Origin: the human T2T-CHM13v2.0 reference genome, Homo sapiens
Length of the DNA stretch: 64,000 bases
NCBI RefSeq assembly: GCF_009914755.1
Contig: NC_060930.1
Direction: 5' to 3' (one strand)
Position numbers and translations under genes: made by a program. Below the pieces are notes generated by a model that saw only the letters and a program-made list of their open reading frames with translations, was not told the origin of the DNA and did not search any database. This document shows positions 1-14,544 of this stretch, piece by piece (within the stretch, counting starts at the first letter, position 1; every line of letters starts with the position of its first letter).

Positions 1-2369
1 TTCCCACCTGACACATCATATTATGAGTCCTCACACTGGGGTGTACCTTTGTCTGACATGCCAAGTTTTCTCTGTTAGCATTTTAAAAGGCTGTCCCTCG
101 CTCATGAAAACAACTTGAAATCCATTGATTTAGAGCAGGTTTTAAACCAGTGCATTTCAAGCATCTGAAAGAGATCTAAAGTTTGACCCTAACAGTAAAG
201 GTCCAGGCACTTGAATGTTTTGCTGCTCTTCCAGGCCTTTATCCGAGATTCAAAGGAGAACCTCAAGGACTGTTACTATAATATCCAGGATATCAGCCCT
301 AAGAGAAAAGGGAAATGGAAGAAAGCCTACCAGCATTTCAGGATCAGTAAATGAAATGAGACAGGTTCTGGTGAAAGACCAGGTATCTAAAAGTGACATT
401 TCTCAGTAACTAGCTGTTCTATTCATTCCAAAAACATCTATTGAATTCTGGCCGAGGGTCAGGAACCAGGGATAACAAAAATCAATCAGCCATATTCCAT
501 GCTCTTCAATTCATAAAGAGTGGGAGAGGCTATATACACATGTAAACAGGTGACTTCAGTGCAGTGTGACAAATGATAATGAAGATGAAGACAAAGCAGT
601 GCTGTGAGAACACTTCCAAAAGTGACTTAAAGGAACTTACTGCTGCCATCATTCACTCTGCATTCGCTACATACCACCCTCCATGTGCACATGGCCGTTT
701 CCATCTCATCTCCCTATCATGTTGTAGGGGCCATGTGGTCAACTTACTTGTTGTCTTTACAGGGCCTGCTCCATGGCAGATGCTTAATTAACAAATTAGA
801 CCCACAAATATTTATTGAGTAGCTTGTACCTGGTGTGAGACACAAAGTAGAGAGGAGGCTAATAATGATGAATAAATTCATTTCCACATTCAAGGAGATT
901 ACAGTTCAGTGACCATGAAGATGTAATATGATAAGGTGTCATAAAAGCGACACAAGCAAAAGTGCTAGGAATGCAGGGCCAGGAAGGGTCAATTCTGTTA
1001 GGACTGATAAGGAAGCCACAAGGGAGAGGAAAGAGCATGGAGTCCTATGGAGCAGGACCACAGGCAAGAAATGGCGGGAGATGGAGTAAAAGAAGAAGCT
1101 GGAAATGTAGACAGGCCAATGCCCCTTAAAGACTTTGAACTTTATTTTTGAGATAAGAAAAAGTCTATTGTTGATTGATGAAAATGATTACTTTCAAGAG
1201 TCCCAGATACGTGCAATATTACTGTAGTTAAGCAATTACTGAGAGCCACCTGGACTATAAACCTTGGGGCTATTTTTCTCCACATTAAGCTACATTCCTC
1301 TTCCTAAGGACTGGGCCTGTATATATAAAGGTGTCACTATCCCTTCATATATGGGCCAGGCTGTGGTGCAGTGGAGCCACTTAGATGGGAAGCTTGCATC
1401 TGTGACTATCATCTCTGCCTCTCCTCAATCTGGGTTTGCCTCCCCCAGGGAAGCCACTCTAGGCACCTTTCTCTGCCCTCTCCTCTGGATTCTGGCTGAT
1501 CCCATGGGGGTTCTTTATCAGCCTCTCTCTCCCCAGCAATTCATTGTCATCTCCCCCAGGGCTCTCTCCTTGGCCTGCATATTTCTCCATCTTCAAGATG
1601 AGGAACTTACATCTTAGTGAGGTTGCCCATTGTCCCACTGCTAGTAAGCATAGTGAGTAGAAAAGGACCTGCAGTAGTACTTCCAGAACTAGGACTCTGT
1701 GTTACTTTCTGGTAGTGAAGCTGGTGCAATCTACACATAACAGATGAGATCAGCCACCTGCAGAGCCATTTCATAGACAGGATGTCTCAGAAAATTAAGG
1801 AAAGAAGAAAGCTCTGGAAATTTAATCAAGTATGATGAAATGTGAAAATGCACACAGCTTCTTATCAGCAAGATTGTCCTTGACAATTTCTTTAAAAACC
1901 ACTATCCCCCACCAACTCTTTATCCCCTTATTATGCTTGGCTTTTCTTCACAGCACTCATGATGTATTTGCTTCTTTGATTGCTAACCATCTTACCCATT
2001 TGAATATGAGTTCCTTAAAGGCTGGGGACTGCATCTTCATCTAACTTTGATCCCCAGCACTTAGAACAGGGCTTGACACATAGTAGGCCAGGAATCCATA
2101 AAATCTGTAGTTTAGCGATTCTCAAGTGAAGAGATTGACAAAGCATCTTCCATTCTTCTGCCTTTCCCCAAAGATTCTCATTCTTCTACACATTATCAAT
2201 GTGCAGAGAGCCACTGTCACGAAAGGAGCATGTTGGCCTCTCAGCTATGTCAGAACACAACAAACAGCAAGCCACTGATTTTGTTTGAACAAGGGATTTA
2301 ACACATATTTAGAAAGAATGTGCCAACACAGGAAGGAAGGGTAAAAGAAAGAGCTTGCACCCATAGAGC

Positions 2370-2580
2370 ACTTACTCTAGGCCAGTAAAGCTCCGAGTGC
2401 TTTATCCTTTTTGACTCATTGAATCCTCACAACATTTCTATGAGGGAGATAGGTGTATATATTATCCCCATTTCATAGATGAGAAAACTGAGGCACAGAG
2501 AAACTAAGTAACTTGTCAAGGTGGCACAGCTAGGATGTGGGATTCGAATTCAGACAGTCAGCCTCCAGAGTCCCTGCCAG
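2370..2580. mobile_element. MIR SINE
   Basis: MIR core attatccccatttcatagatgagaaaactgaggcacagaga...aagtaacttg. Similar cores occur at about 9770-9940, 17090-17290 and 29510-29680. Confidence 0.8.
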
Positions 2581-2599
2581 GCAATGAAGAACAATGCTT

Positions 2600-3115
2600 G
2601 TGGCAGATGAAAGATGGCTGTGAACACTTTGACATTTTGTCCATCAATGAGTGAACTCTATGTCCCCTACCTCTGAATCCAAGTTGGCCTGAGGCTGACT
2701 TGATTAATAAGATATCACGGAAGTATCACTATGCCAGTTCTGGGCCTAGCTTTTCAGAAGACTAGCAATTTCCATTTCTTTCCTCTGGGAAACTTGAGCT
2801 TCCATGTAAATGGTCTGACTACCCTGCTGGAGAGGCCAAGTGGAGAAGCCCTGAGACTCCACAGAGAGACAGAGGGAACCTGCAGGGCCCAGGTTTCCAG
2901 TTGTCCCTTCTAGAGCACCCGTCATGTGGATGGGCCATCTGGGGCCCTCAGCAATGCCTAGTTGACTACCACTGGGTAACTCCATTGGATGTCACGTGGA
3001 GCCTAATAGTCACCAAGCTGACCTCTATCTAAATTCCCAATACACAAAATCATGAGCTATAATAAAATGATTGCTGCTTTATACCACCAAGTTTTGGAAT
3101 AGTTTGTTATGCAAT
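2600..3115 (+). mobile_element. MLT1-family (MaLR) solo LTR
   Basis: tgtggcag...aagatggc start, AATAAA at about 3061, and the typical end ccaagttttggaatagtttgttatgca. Confidence 0.75.
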
Positions 3116-3774
3116 TATACTGTGTTAATTGGAACAGTGTTCATCAAATTTTTCGACTGAGATGCACAGAAAGAAATACATTTGCCGCAAACTCTACATA
3201 TGTACATACTAAAGAAACCCTGAAGTTTAGCTTTGGATCCAGTCTTTGAAAGTCCAAGTGGCTGAATGCCTAGTTCAACATCATTTCTAGAATTTCTGAA
3301 CCTGTGAGTGATCAGCAATAACATGATTGCAAAGGTTGCATGAACCCAGCAATGTTAATAATAGAACAAGGAAGGCTGTTGGATTTATAAATATCTGAAT
3401 ATTCACTTTGAAATATTCTAGATATAACCCAGAATGAAAATCTATATCTGCATCAGTAAGTTGAATTATAAATGTACATTTATTACTGCAAGACTAAAAC
3501 AGAGCCATAACAATTATAATGCTATAAACAAAACAATTAAAAAAATTTCAAAATAACAACCAAATGTTGTTAACAGTAACAACAAATAATACCACAGTGT
3601 GTATCAGTTTACTTTAAAAACAGCATTCTATCCTTTCTGAGCCAACACATTTTTCTAAATTTAAAAATAGTAATAAATAAAAATAGAAAATTAGATTGAT
3701 TCTTTTTACTTAAATGAATTTATGTTTTAATAACTTAATTCAACTGAGGCTGTAAGTCTGACAAACTATATACT

Positions 3775-4135
3775 ACGTTGCTGTCATGGATACTGTGGGT
3801 GTCAGCTATATCCCCATTCAGGACCTGGTCTCCCAGCTGCTGGGACTGCTGCTGGCCCACAGATGTCAGAGGTCAGCCCTCTCTGGGAATTGCCCTCTGC
3901 TACTGCCTCATCCAAAGTCAGATTCCCTCCCCAGGGGCATCCAGCACCCAAAGACTGGTCCATGTACCTACCCTAACATGGGCCAGCTCTGGAAGGCCAC
4001 CCTTTAGCTTTCCGGCTTGCTGTGGAGAGGACTGAGGCCTTTATTGAGACAGCTTCACAGTCTAGCTTCTCTCTGCCTAGGTCTGCTTTCTCCCTTCCCC
4101 CACAGGTGTCAATGCCAAGAGTTCTCCCTACAATT
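3775..4135 (+). mobile_element. LTR16-like ERVL LTR fragment
   Basis: actgaggcc...tcccccacaggtgtcaatgccaagagttctcccta resembles the LTR16 3' part and is similar to 41220-41425 in this window. Confidence 0.6.
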
Positions 4136-4533
4136 ATTTTTGTTCCAGACGAGGTAAGAAATATACAGAGTATTAAGAAAAGAAGAAAGTGTTAGAGAAA
4201 GGAGAAACTCAGAAAGCATCTAAATTCACCACTGAATCCAGGTGAGTGCTATTTTGTTTTGCGAATGGGCAGTTTAGTGGCTGAAAAACAGTCCTATAGA
4301 TGACAATCTGAGATGTGATTATTTCTATCTTAAATGTCAGACTTCTAAAAATCCAAGCAGTAATTTTTCATAAAATTTCAGATTTATTCCTATATCCCCA
4401 AAATTTATTTCATCATGGGGTTATGAAGCTTTGGCCTCCACTTCAGGTGAATATTAACCCTCAACATTGGCCATTTGGCATTTGGCCAAGATATAGTCAG
4501 GGCACCTCAAACTATATACTTGCATTTATAGGC

Positions 4534-4566
<33 letters not shown>
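4534..4566. repeat. (ATCT)n tetranucleotide microsatellite
   Basis: About 8 perfect units read directly. Confidence 0.95.
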
Positions 4567-7524
4567 ATCATCCATCCACTCATCTAAAATAAAATCTCAT
4601 GAAATAATACTTGCCCTTATTATACATAATGTCCTCTAATAATTTCTATTATATTTCATTTTTTAAATTGCTCATTATGACCTACGAAGTTATTTTCTTG
4701 ACCCACCAATGAGTCGACACTTAGTTTGACAGAGGATACCCACTTGCCAAGAATTGGCAGCATTCTCTAGGAGAAGTAATGCTTAAAATCAGCCAACCCT
4801 GATATTCAGTTTACTTGGCAGGCAGAGTAGGGGTCCAGCCTCATGACACAAGGGTTAAGATCTCCCATTTCATTGTCTTGTTCTGATCCACACTCAATAA
4901 TCATCTTAGATAGTTTGCCCTGTGGTTTCTGCATAGTCTGCTCCCCTGTCTTGGACTTGCTGTTTCTGCTTTGCCCCACTGGTTGTCTGATTACAACTGC
5001 TATTCACTTCAGGACTTGGCAGAGATGCCCTTTTCTCCCAGAAGCCTTTTATGACTCTAGGAGCCTGGGTTAGGTCTCCTTCTGTGTAGTCAAAACTGAC
5101 TGTATTGGTCTTGCTTGTTTACTAGATGGTGGGAACTAAGAGCCTACAGACTGTATTTTATTTATCTTTGACTCCCTAGGACCTGACATCGTGCTTGGCA
5201 CTCAGTATGCAATTGGTAAATATCTGCTGAATATGCAAATATTTGTCTAGCCATGTACATATTCCTACTAGAGAGAGACACTGTCCTGACCAGCCATTCA
5301 CCAACTAAACATTAGAATTTGGGCTTGTTTGGCAAATATAAATGATATTGTAAATTCTTGTCAATTGATATTTTGGGACTTATAGCTCTTTCTCCTGTGG
5401 GTTTAGTTTGCATGAGCCCATCCTCATTAATTTCATTAACTCTGGAGGAATCACAAAATTTAGTTTCTAGAATGGCAGAGTTGATTCCCAAACCTTTATG
5501 ATTTCACCTAATTAATGTTGTCTTCCAAAGTCTTGACAGCAGCCATCTGATGTCTGACTGTGATATCCCTATTTTGCCCCCTTGACATCAATTTTAAGTT
5601 CAGGGAAAATGTTTGAAATCTAAGGCTTTTTAAAATACAGCTACCCTCTATATCTTCATGTCAATTAAAGTGATGGCCATAGAAATCAGCTTTAAGCTAT
5701 CTTCTACTTTCTCTTGATTTGGTATAATATCTGTTTTCTAAATTGCCTTTGAATATTTGAATTTCTTTTGTGGGATTTATCTTTTCCTTTTTGAAGCTCA
5801 GTTTTTTAAAGGAAGGCTGTTAACAATTTTCCAAATTTTGTTTTTGGTCTCAAACCACATTCATTGGTGCTCAATGAACACATCTGTTCATTTAAAAATC
5901 AGAGCTGGTCATCGCAATAGACTTTAGAGATATCCCAACTGGAACTTAGGTCTGCATGGGCCTATGGAATTGATGTTATTAATAAATCATCTTGGGTTAC
6001 TTATTTCTTACTTGTGGTGAGGGAGGGATAAAGATGCAAATTTCCAACCAGGATAGAAAATGAAGAATACTAGCACTTGAGCAAAAACCTCAAGCAGAAA
6101 AATATGAAGAACAGAAAGGAGTGACAACAGTGGCAACAGCAGCCATATTTCAGTGCCTCCAAGTAGCAACAGTCTTCAGGATGGAGTGTGTTTCCCCCAG
6201 TGACTGGTTTAATAGAAGCAAGAAAACAGCTGCTAAGGAGAGCTATGTGACAAGGGGTAGGAGGATAAAGGTCTTATAAATGAGTAAAACAAACCTTATG
6301 AAACTACTCGATACAAACCTACAGGCTCAATGACTTTATATTGTTATCAGTCATTTCAAAAAGAAAAATTAAGGTCTTCTTTAGAGCAGCGCACAGAGAA
6401 TTCTCCAGGGAATGACAGAGAGCAGAAAGCAGAAAATATATTCAGAAATGAACTACTGACGGCATATTTGACCTGTGACATTTTTGTTCTTCTTATCCTC
6501 TGGCTAAATTTCACCCTTGGATATATGTAAAAGCTCTTACTAAATTAAATGGAAGTTAAATGTGCATGCTCATAGGACAAATTTGGCCTGTAGTATCTTT
6601 CCAAGGATATTAATAAAGTACGAGAAGTGAAAATGATTGTTAGGCCATCAGAGTTCCTGCTTCAGATAAGAAATGCTGGGAGAGAGAGGAGACAATGCAT
6701 TATTTTCTCCTTTGGAGAGGCTCCATGTCTGTGCTCTCTAACATCAGTACCTTCTCACTGACACTTACATGAGTCCACAGAAGCATGCTGTCTTCCAACT
6801 AAACAGTCTGATCCATGCAGCAGAAGGCTCCCAGACAATGTGAAAGCAGAATGGATTGTGAAATCGTCAAGTAAGGGAAAATACGGACTTTCATTCCAAG
6901 GTAAAAGTGTGAGTTATCACATTAACACATCTTTATTGGTGAGTGAGATAGGAATGCTACCGGGGAAAAAGTACTAGGTTGGGAAACCAAACAAGTGAGT
7001 GAGTCTAATGTCTGTTAGAAATGAGGTGTGTATCTTTGTGAATGCAGCAAATGACTTGGCTACACTAACCGTTGGGTTTGTCGCCTATAAAATAAAATGG
7101 TTGAGGAATTCGGGAAGGGATTATCTAGCTAGTTCTGGCAAAAGGCTGCTCATGTTGCAGACTGAAGGTAGCTGGAGCTTGGGAAAGGGTATGCTGGAGA
7201 AGTCAGAGCACACCCTAGGATTAATATGGTGTATTCTAGCTCCAATATTCTGTGGTTTATAAAATATCAAATTATCCATTAAAGTGCTCTACTAGCCATT
7301 AAAGACTATGATAAAAGTCATAAAGGAGGAAGAAAGTCAAAACAAAACTTCATCTGAGAAGATTCTGACAATGTTCAAAAAAAACCCCACCCTGTATAAT
7401 AAGAGTAATAATAACGAACTGAGTAATAATAATTTATTTAGTAGCTACTACATAAATGTAGAGCTGTGTTGCAGATATGTTACATTCACCATCCCTAACC
7501 CTCACTACACTCTGCACATTAGGT

Positions 7525-9390
7525 GTGTTAGATTGTATTTTTTAAAGATGGACACAACAATATCTCCCATTACACATGCTTTTCTAGAACTTTGTCCCAT
7601 CACCATCAGGAGGTGGAATCTAATTTCCTTCTCCTTGAATCTGAGTGGATCTGGGACTCATTTGTAATCATCAGAATGTGGCAGAAGTCACTCTGCAGGG
7701 GTTCTGAGGCTAGTTCCTAGGTGTGGCTCCTGTCTTGTTAGCTGGAATACTAACTCTCTTGAAGCCTTTAGTGTCTAAATAAGCAATCTGGCTGCTTTGA
7801 TGTTGGTAACTGCCATGTTGTGAGAACGCTCACACAGAGAACACATGGAGAGGCCCTGAGCCAGTGTGAAGAGAGATAACAGACAACTCCAACTTTTCCA
7901 GCAAATTCTCTTCACATTGTTCCAGGTCCAGCCACCATTGGACTGTAAACACATGAGCAGCCCAATGCCAGAGCTAGCTAGCTAATCCCTTCCCAAACTC
8001 CTGATCCAGAAAAACTGTCAGAGATAATAATAGTAGTGTTATTATTTTAAACGACTATGTTTGGAGTTATTTGTTACTTGGCAATAGCTAACCAGCAGAT
8101 TTCCGTACTTTTGGTACCTGAAATTGGGATATTACCATAAACAAAAATCTGTAACATTGGCTTTGGGACCAGGCAGCAGTAAGAAGCCAGAAGGGACTTG
8201 TAGAGTCTGTTAGTGAAAGCCTGAAAAGTTTTGAAGACAGTGTTAGCAGAAGCCTTGAGGGGCCTATTGGTGAGGCTTAAAGGAAAGTGAAGGAAATACT
8301 ACTTGAGCTGGAGGGAAGGAAACTCTTTTTATGTAGTAGTGGGAAGTTCAGCAAAATTGTCACCAGCAATAATGTGAAAAATAGAGACTGTACCTAATGA
8401 ACTCAAAGATGTAGCTAGGGAGACTTCTGGAAAATTGAGGGTGTTGAGGGTGCTATCTGGCTTCTCTTAGCTGCCTATATTAAAACGAGAGAAATGAATT
8501 AAGGAAAAGCTATTCCATTTTTGAGTGGAAGTTGGAAGAATTTTAAAGGATCCGGAACAGCCTTTTCAGTCAGCAAAAGGTTCTTGAGTTAAGAAATGGC
8601 TTCCTGGAAAAGATGACACCCACGGCGAGACTGTAAGATTCTTTATTAAGACCTCATAAAAATCTAGGGTAGTACCTCTCTGACCCTTTAGACAGAAGTT
8701 CTCCAAAGGATCAAAAGGGCATTCCTCACAGATACTCACAGTTAAACAATAGGGCTTCTAACGACTTTAAGGGCATTGCTGCACAGCAGGCTCACAGGGA
8801 ACCAAAGTGGAGAAGGACTTATCTTGAAGAGATGCATGGATTTTGTCTAATGGAGTGGATTATAAATTAATATGCAGGAAGCCCATACATTTTCTAAGGA
8901 TATTGTATCAGTTTGGGCTAAAGGAACAGAGATGGTATAAAGTGTAACGAAGTCTTTGGAACCTCAACCTTTTACAATTAGGAAGTAAGCTGAGAAGTTT
9001 CCTCAGTTGCAAATACAGATCACTTCTTACGGAACACAAGGGATGCCCCAAAGACTGCAACCAAGGACTCAGAGGGCAAAGCCAAGAACCATGGGAAATG
9101 ACTCCCAAGAAGTGGAGCTGAGTTCCAGTGAAGAACCTGGAGATATGTGCCTGGATGGATTTTGTAATTGCTGTGTCTCAGTGACTGTTGTGTGCCTCCC
9201 CCTTCCTCCTTTTTGTCTTTTGCAGTTATCTAAGTTTGGTACTAGGCTCAGAATATCCATTGTATGTTATACATGTGTGGGGTGGTAACTTATATCTGTA
9301 GGTCTACAGTTGGGGAAGGATAGTTCTCAGGGTAAAGAACCCAAGGAACAACACCTGGACTTGATTTAGATCCTTGACCTTGAGCCTGAT
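7525..9390 (+). mobile_element. MLT1 LTR (about 7525-8097) followed by MLT1-internal sequence
   Basis: LTR end ttggagttatttgttacttggcaatagctaac, followed by tttggtacc (MaLR internal start) and degenerate internal sequence. Confidence 0.72.
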
Positions 9391-12300
9391 GCTTTCTGCA
9401 AGCTCTTGATTTTTATAGAAAAAAATATAGTCAAAAAGCACAGAACCTGTCATATTTATTGTTGTGACTTCCTTTTCTCATTGACATCTAAAGCACTGAC
9501 TTAGGTCTTACTTCCTCCATGAAGCTGACTGCTTCATGACTGAAAATAAGCACCTTTGGAGCAGGAAAGAAGCTTGTGTTTGCCCAGCACATGATTCAGG
9601 GTTTTACATTTATTAAACATTATATGCTTGATGATAGTGAAAAAGCCTTACACCTTTCCTCCTTCTACAGAACCTAGGGAATATCCTCCTCCTTGCTGCA
9701 GAATTCTTAGTTCCAACACTGTCAATCCTGAATGACTCAGAAACTATTCATGCATGATAAACCATGTATATTATGGAATTTTAGCACTGAAAAAGACCTT
9801 AGAGGTCCAATAGTTCAACCCCTTCATTTTACAGATGAGGACATTGAGGTTTTATTGGTCAGTGGGATGATTTACCATAAAGTGGTTAAGTGACCTGCCC
9901 AAGGTTGTGTAATTAATGACAGAGCCAAGACTAGAAATTCCTCCTGTCATTACATTCCTTCCTTCAACAAACTTTTCTGAGAGCCTGCTATTTGCAAGGC
10001 ATGTGACAGATTCTTTCCTTCTCTGTTTCCCTTTGTACTCACTAGATGATGTTCAACAGAATCAGGAAGCAGAGAAGCATTCAAGCCAGTCTACTGAGTC
10101 CCTTCTTAGTAGTTCTAGAAAAGGTGTGATGGGTGGAGGTGTTAAAACTATTGCCCTTGGCACAGTATTGTCTGTGAATTGGTACTATTTATGCCATACA
10201 CTTTGTGTAACACCTTGCCACAGATCATCAAGAACTAGGTAAATTGGCTATTTTCCAAACAGAATATTTTTCTTGCTCAAGGGGCTACTTTCAAATTGTA
10301 CACGATTTCATTTAGTTCAAAATTTTATAGCAATTGTTCTTACCAGCTGCTCTGGCCTATTTCCTAATCTTTCCCAAAACCTGTCACTGGCTTGCAGTAA
10401 GATGGAGTTCAACTAGGAGCTCCTCCTGGCTTTCAGAGCCTTCTTTTGGCCTCTTTCTATACACAGTTTGGTGAGGTCTTGGCATCTTTTATCAAAAATT
10501 TCCCCACTCCTTTTGTTGCACAACTCCCTACAGGAGGAATATTCTCCATTTCCAAGAACATTAAGAAGTTTCTTGATATTCTTGGAAAAAAGCTCACTGA
10601 AGAACCCACTTCCTCTTTAATCCTTTAGGGAATGCAAGTGTGGAAATGTGGATTCTCCCATCCTTACCACTTTCTTTTTTGTCTAATGTTTATTACTGAC
10701 TTGATATATAGCTTGGAAAGTAAGGTTTATATCTGATGAGTGACTCTGGTAGTCTCTGGTATGTTATCACACACTCAAGAGAACTTAATACTTATCTTTT
10801 GAGTATAAAATTTCCCACTCATTTAGTTAGCTAAATCCCAGGAACATTGCTCAGTTTTAGTCACAAGGATGTTTATACATTAAGAAGTAGATACATCCTC
10901 TTCCTTAAGAAGATTTTAAAATTAAGGGTTTATTAAACAACTGACAGAAATTAACACTCAATGCCAAGAAGGAAAATACTGTATTTTAAAGGTTAAATAA
11001 CCATAGGCATTTTTGGAGCTCTAGAGAAGAGGTAGATACTTCCAATAGTATTTTTATGAAAGAAATATGGAGAATTACATCATTTGAACAAAAGCATATG
11101 TTAAATTTAAATAACAAATCAATGCCTCTAGAATTCTGAAATCTTTCTCTAGAAAGAAATCCTAATGTTCCGACGTAAAAGAATGGGGTATTTTATTCAT
11201 GGAGAGAAAAACTATTGTGATAATTTATTGTTCTTAATTTTTGGTTCTTTTTAATAGGAAAAAAAATCAAGATAAATGAATGGTTAGGTATTCCCACTAT
11301 TTTAACCAAATAGGTAAAATCCATAAGAAATGTCCTTATGACAAGTTTTTTTTTTCATTTTTTACAGACAAAAAAAAAGATAAGAAAAAGTGTACAAATG
11401 TGGTGAATCCACAGGTACTTTTTAAACAGCAGGGTAGCTGCAGGATCATCTTTAATCAGCTCCCAAACATACTCTTCACATCAGGGGAGTTTCACAGGGG
11501 AAGTGGGGATGGGGACATCAGAGGCCTCAGAACTGCCCAATTTATTTAGGGAAAGGAAATACAGGTGGAAAAAATCTGTATCCACAACTCCCACTCCATG
11601 TTGGTGGTCACTCCCGAGCTAACTAGTCACCAACAACATTTCCTGCAGATGAGATAGTTGCATTCCCAAAGAGCCACAAAATGGGACAAATTACTGTAAT
11701 TAAAACCCTGTTTCCACAGAGTCCTTGTTCTGCTAAGGCACTGGTGGAGGGGTAACTGTGGAGGACTCCGTCTGAGCTCTGTGTGCCACGTCATCATACC
11801 AAAGTGGAGCTAGAATGGGGCAGACACATGATGTTGGGTTTAGCGATTTGCAGCAGCGAGAGTGCAGCAGCCCATATGTCCGCGTGTCCCTGGAAGAGGA
11901 AGCACTTGGTACAAACAAGGCAGCAGGATTGGGCTCAGTGGGAACTTCCTCAGCAGCATCCTGCTCTCCCAGCCCCACCCTAGCTTGAGATATCAGCTCC
12001 CTGAGGGTAGGTGAGGCGATTGCCATCTTAATATGTGGTCCCTCTTTCCCCAGGGGCCACCTCTTGCCTTATCCCAGCTTTCCTTATAGTATATTGCAAA
12101 GAGCAGTGATTCTCTGGAAGGTTAAAGGTTTTACGCAAATAAAAGAGGTGGGGTGGTGCTATGATCAAATAAGCCTGAAAAATGATGGATTAAACAAAAC
12201 AAATAGTTGTATGGGTGGATTAAAAAGATTAATTTCCTTTCGGTCAATCTATGCAGAGTATGACTTTTTTACGGGGAGGATGTAGTATTTTGCATCTCAA

Positions 12301-14544
12301 ACTTTTCTGATCAGAGAATCCCTCTCTCACTGAGTTTCTGCCAGGACTATACTTCATGGAGAGGAGAAAAACAGCTTCCGGATGGGGGAGGGGATGGAGG
12401 AGGGAGCCCTTTGTCATGTATAAATGTGAACTGCTTTCTGAAAACTCTGAAAAGTAATGGAGGGGGATACCTTCAGGGGCCTGGGGACCCCAGAATAAGA
12501 AAGAAGAGTGAGAGCCAAATGTGAAAGCCATTTCATCTCAGGCTGCTGTGGTCTGGAGAAACTTGAGCTACATCTTCAAAAGTCTCCCTATCCCAATCAT
12601 TTCTTCAATTCTATCTTTTCCTCAAGCTGCCAGCCTGTTTTTCTTCTTTCCCTTAACATTAAACCTCTAAACTGCCTGCTCTGCTTCTTCGAATCCCACA
12701 TAATCGGCATCCCATTATGTTTTGGCTCCAGTGCCCACTATCTACCGACAGAGATCTACCTAAAGTCCCTCAGATTTCACTGTCACATCACACTTCATTT
12801 GCCACATGACCACAGGACGGATGGATGTCAACAGGGGAGGCAGAACCTTCCAATCTAGACTGAGTTTCGAATGGCTCAATTGGCTCCCATAATAGTGGCA
12901 GTGATAGAATTGCTAACGTTTTTTGACTACTTATTCTGCTCAGCCACTATTTTAGGCACTTCATATTAACACTAAATATTAACACATTGAAGACTCACAG
13001 TACCCCTGTGAGGGCATAAGTAACTTCCTTTTTTCCTTGAGTGGCAGAGTCCAGCCCCTACACTGTTATTCTCCCTGCTCATCCTCACTGGAGGGAATAA
13101 AGTTTAGAGAAAAGTGACTACCCCCCCAACTCCATCTGCAAGCCTGAGATGGTCGTAGGGTAAGGGTCATCTATTTTTATGAGAAAATCTTGTTTACAGG
13201 GAAATCCCCATTACACTCAATGTCTAAAGCCAACAGAAGCCTCTTGATAATAGTAAATTATCAACATTTTCACATCAAACCAGGGATGATGAATATAAAT
13301 TCGTAAACTTATTATATGACTAAAATGAGGCAAATCCTGGGTGAATATAAGTTTATGCTTCAGGAACTCATCTTTATATTTTCAAGACCCTTCACAAAAT
13401 TAACAAATTTAGGAATTCCACTTTGATTTATAGCACTTAATCAAGTTACTTAAAACGTCTAACTCTTGTACAGATTTACAAAACTGCCACCATGCTAGAT
13501 TAATTGCTTGGGTCACAAAAGAAAGATTCCACACTGATGCTTTACAACTTTATATTTAGGTGCCTTGCCCGCCTTTGCAGGCAGGCTTCAGTGCAGGAGC
13601 CGTGTGGCCATGTGCAGCTCCTCTGTGGGGCAGCAGCTGGACTCCACTAAAAGTGGAAAACTGCTCGTTCTACATTAGACTCTCTTTCGCAATTTCGGTA
13701 AGTTCTTCAGTGACAGGAGCCAGCCTGCCAAAATGTCAGCAACAGGATTTGGTCCAACATAAACACCCAGCATTATGTGGCTAATGCACTGAATTAGAGT
13801 TACACTGCTACCCTCTATTCCTGCTCAAAAACGACTTTCCAGATCCCAGAAAAACAGATCTGTCAGCATGAAGATTGGGATAGCTGTCAAATAGAGAAGT
13901 CAATGCTGTTTAAGTCCCTTGTCATTAGCCAAGTCTGGGGAAGGCCGTAAGAGTTTCAGGCTTCTGATGCACCCCTCGCTTGGGTTCACCAGATCTTATT
14001 TTTAACTTCCCAAGATCCTAGGCAGATGGTTTGTGTGGAAAGGAAGAAATTGATGATTCCATGTGTTTACCAATCAATCAACTGTAGCACAAAGCCCAGT
14101 GTTCAGGGGTCCTAACCATCAGTCTAAGGCAGGCTCAGAACCCAAACCTGGTCCATACATTACAACGTGAGAAATTTCATCCACAGTGACAGATCCCATG
14201 AGGTTCGATGGGGCCAGACCTCTAGGGACAATACTGAAGTTGCTTTTGACAACTCTTCACTCTCCTATCATCCCTCCCCCCATCACGAAGTACTCAAGCT
14301 TCCTAAGTTTTCTATAATGTTCTGACAGATTCCATCTCCTTGTCCTCTTTACCTTGCAGTCCATCCCCTGTTCTGTTCCACTTCATGTTTCTGTAAGTGA
14401 ACATCTAACAAACAGATTATAAACTATTGGTAACTAGAGAGCCAACTTAATTATTTTGGAAACTTATTCTTGTTGTTCATCTTTAAAGAAACGTTCTGTC
14501 CTATAAACTAGGAATCTAGGATGTCTTAGAGAAAGGAGAATTCC

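Noticed and set aside
4100-4250. Cluster of + strand splice-like motifs (cccacAG, GAG|GTAAGA, CAG|GTGAGT)
   Set aside because: The acceptor comes from the LTR16-like repeat, and such motifs occur often by chance. There is no supporting frame or partner exon.
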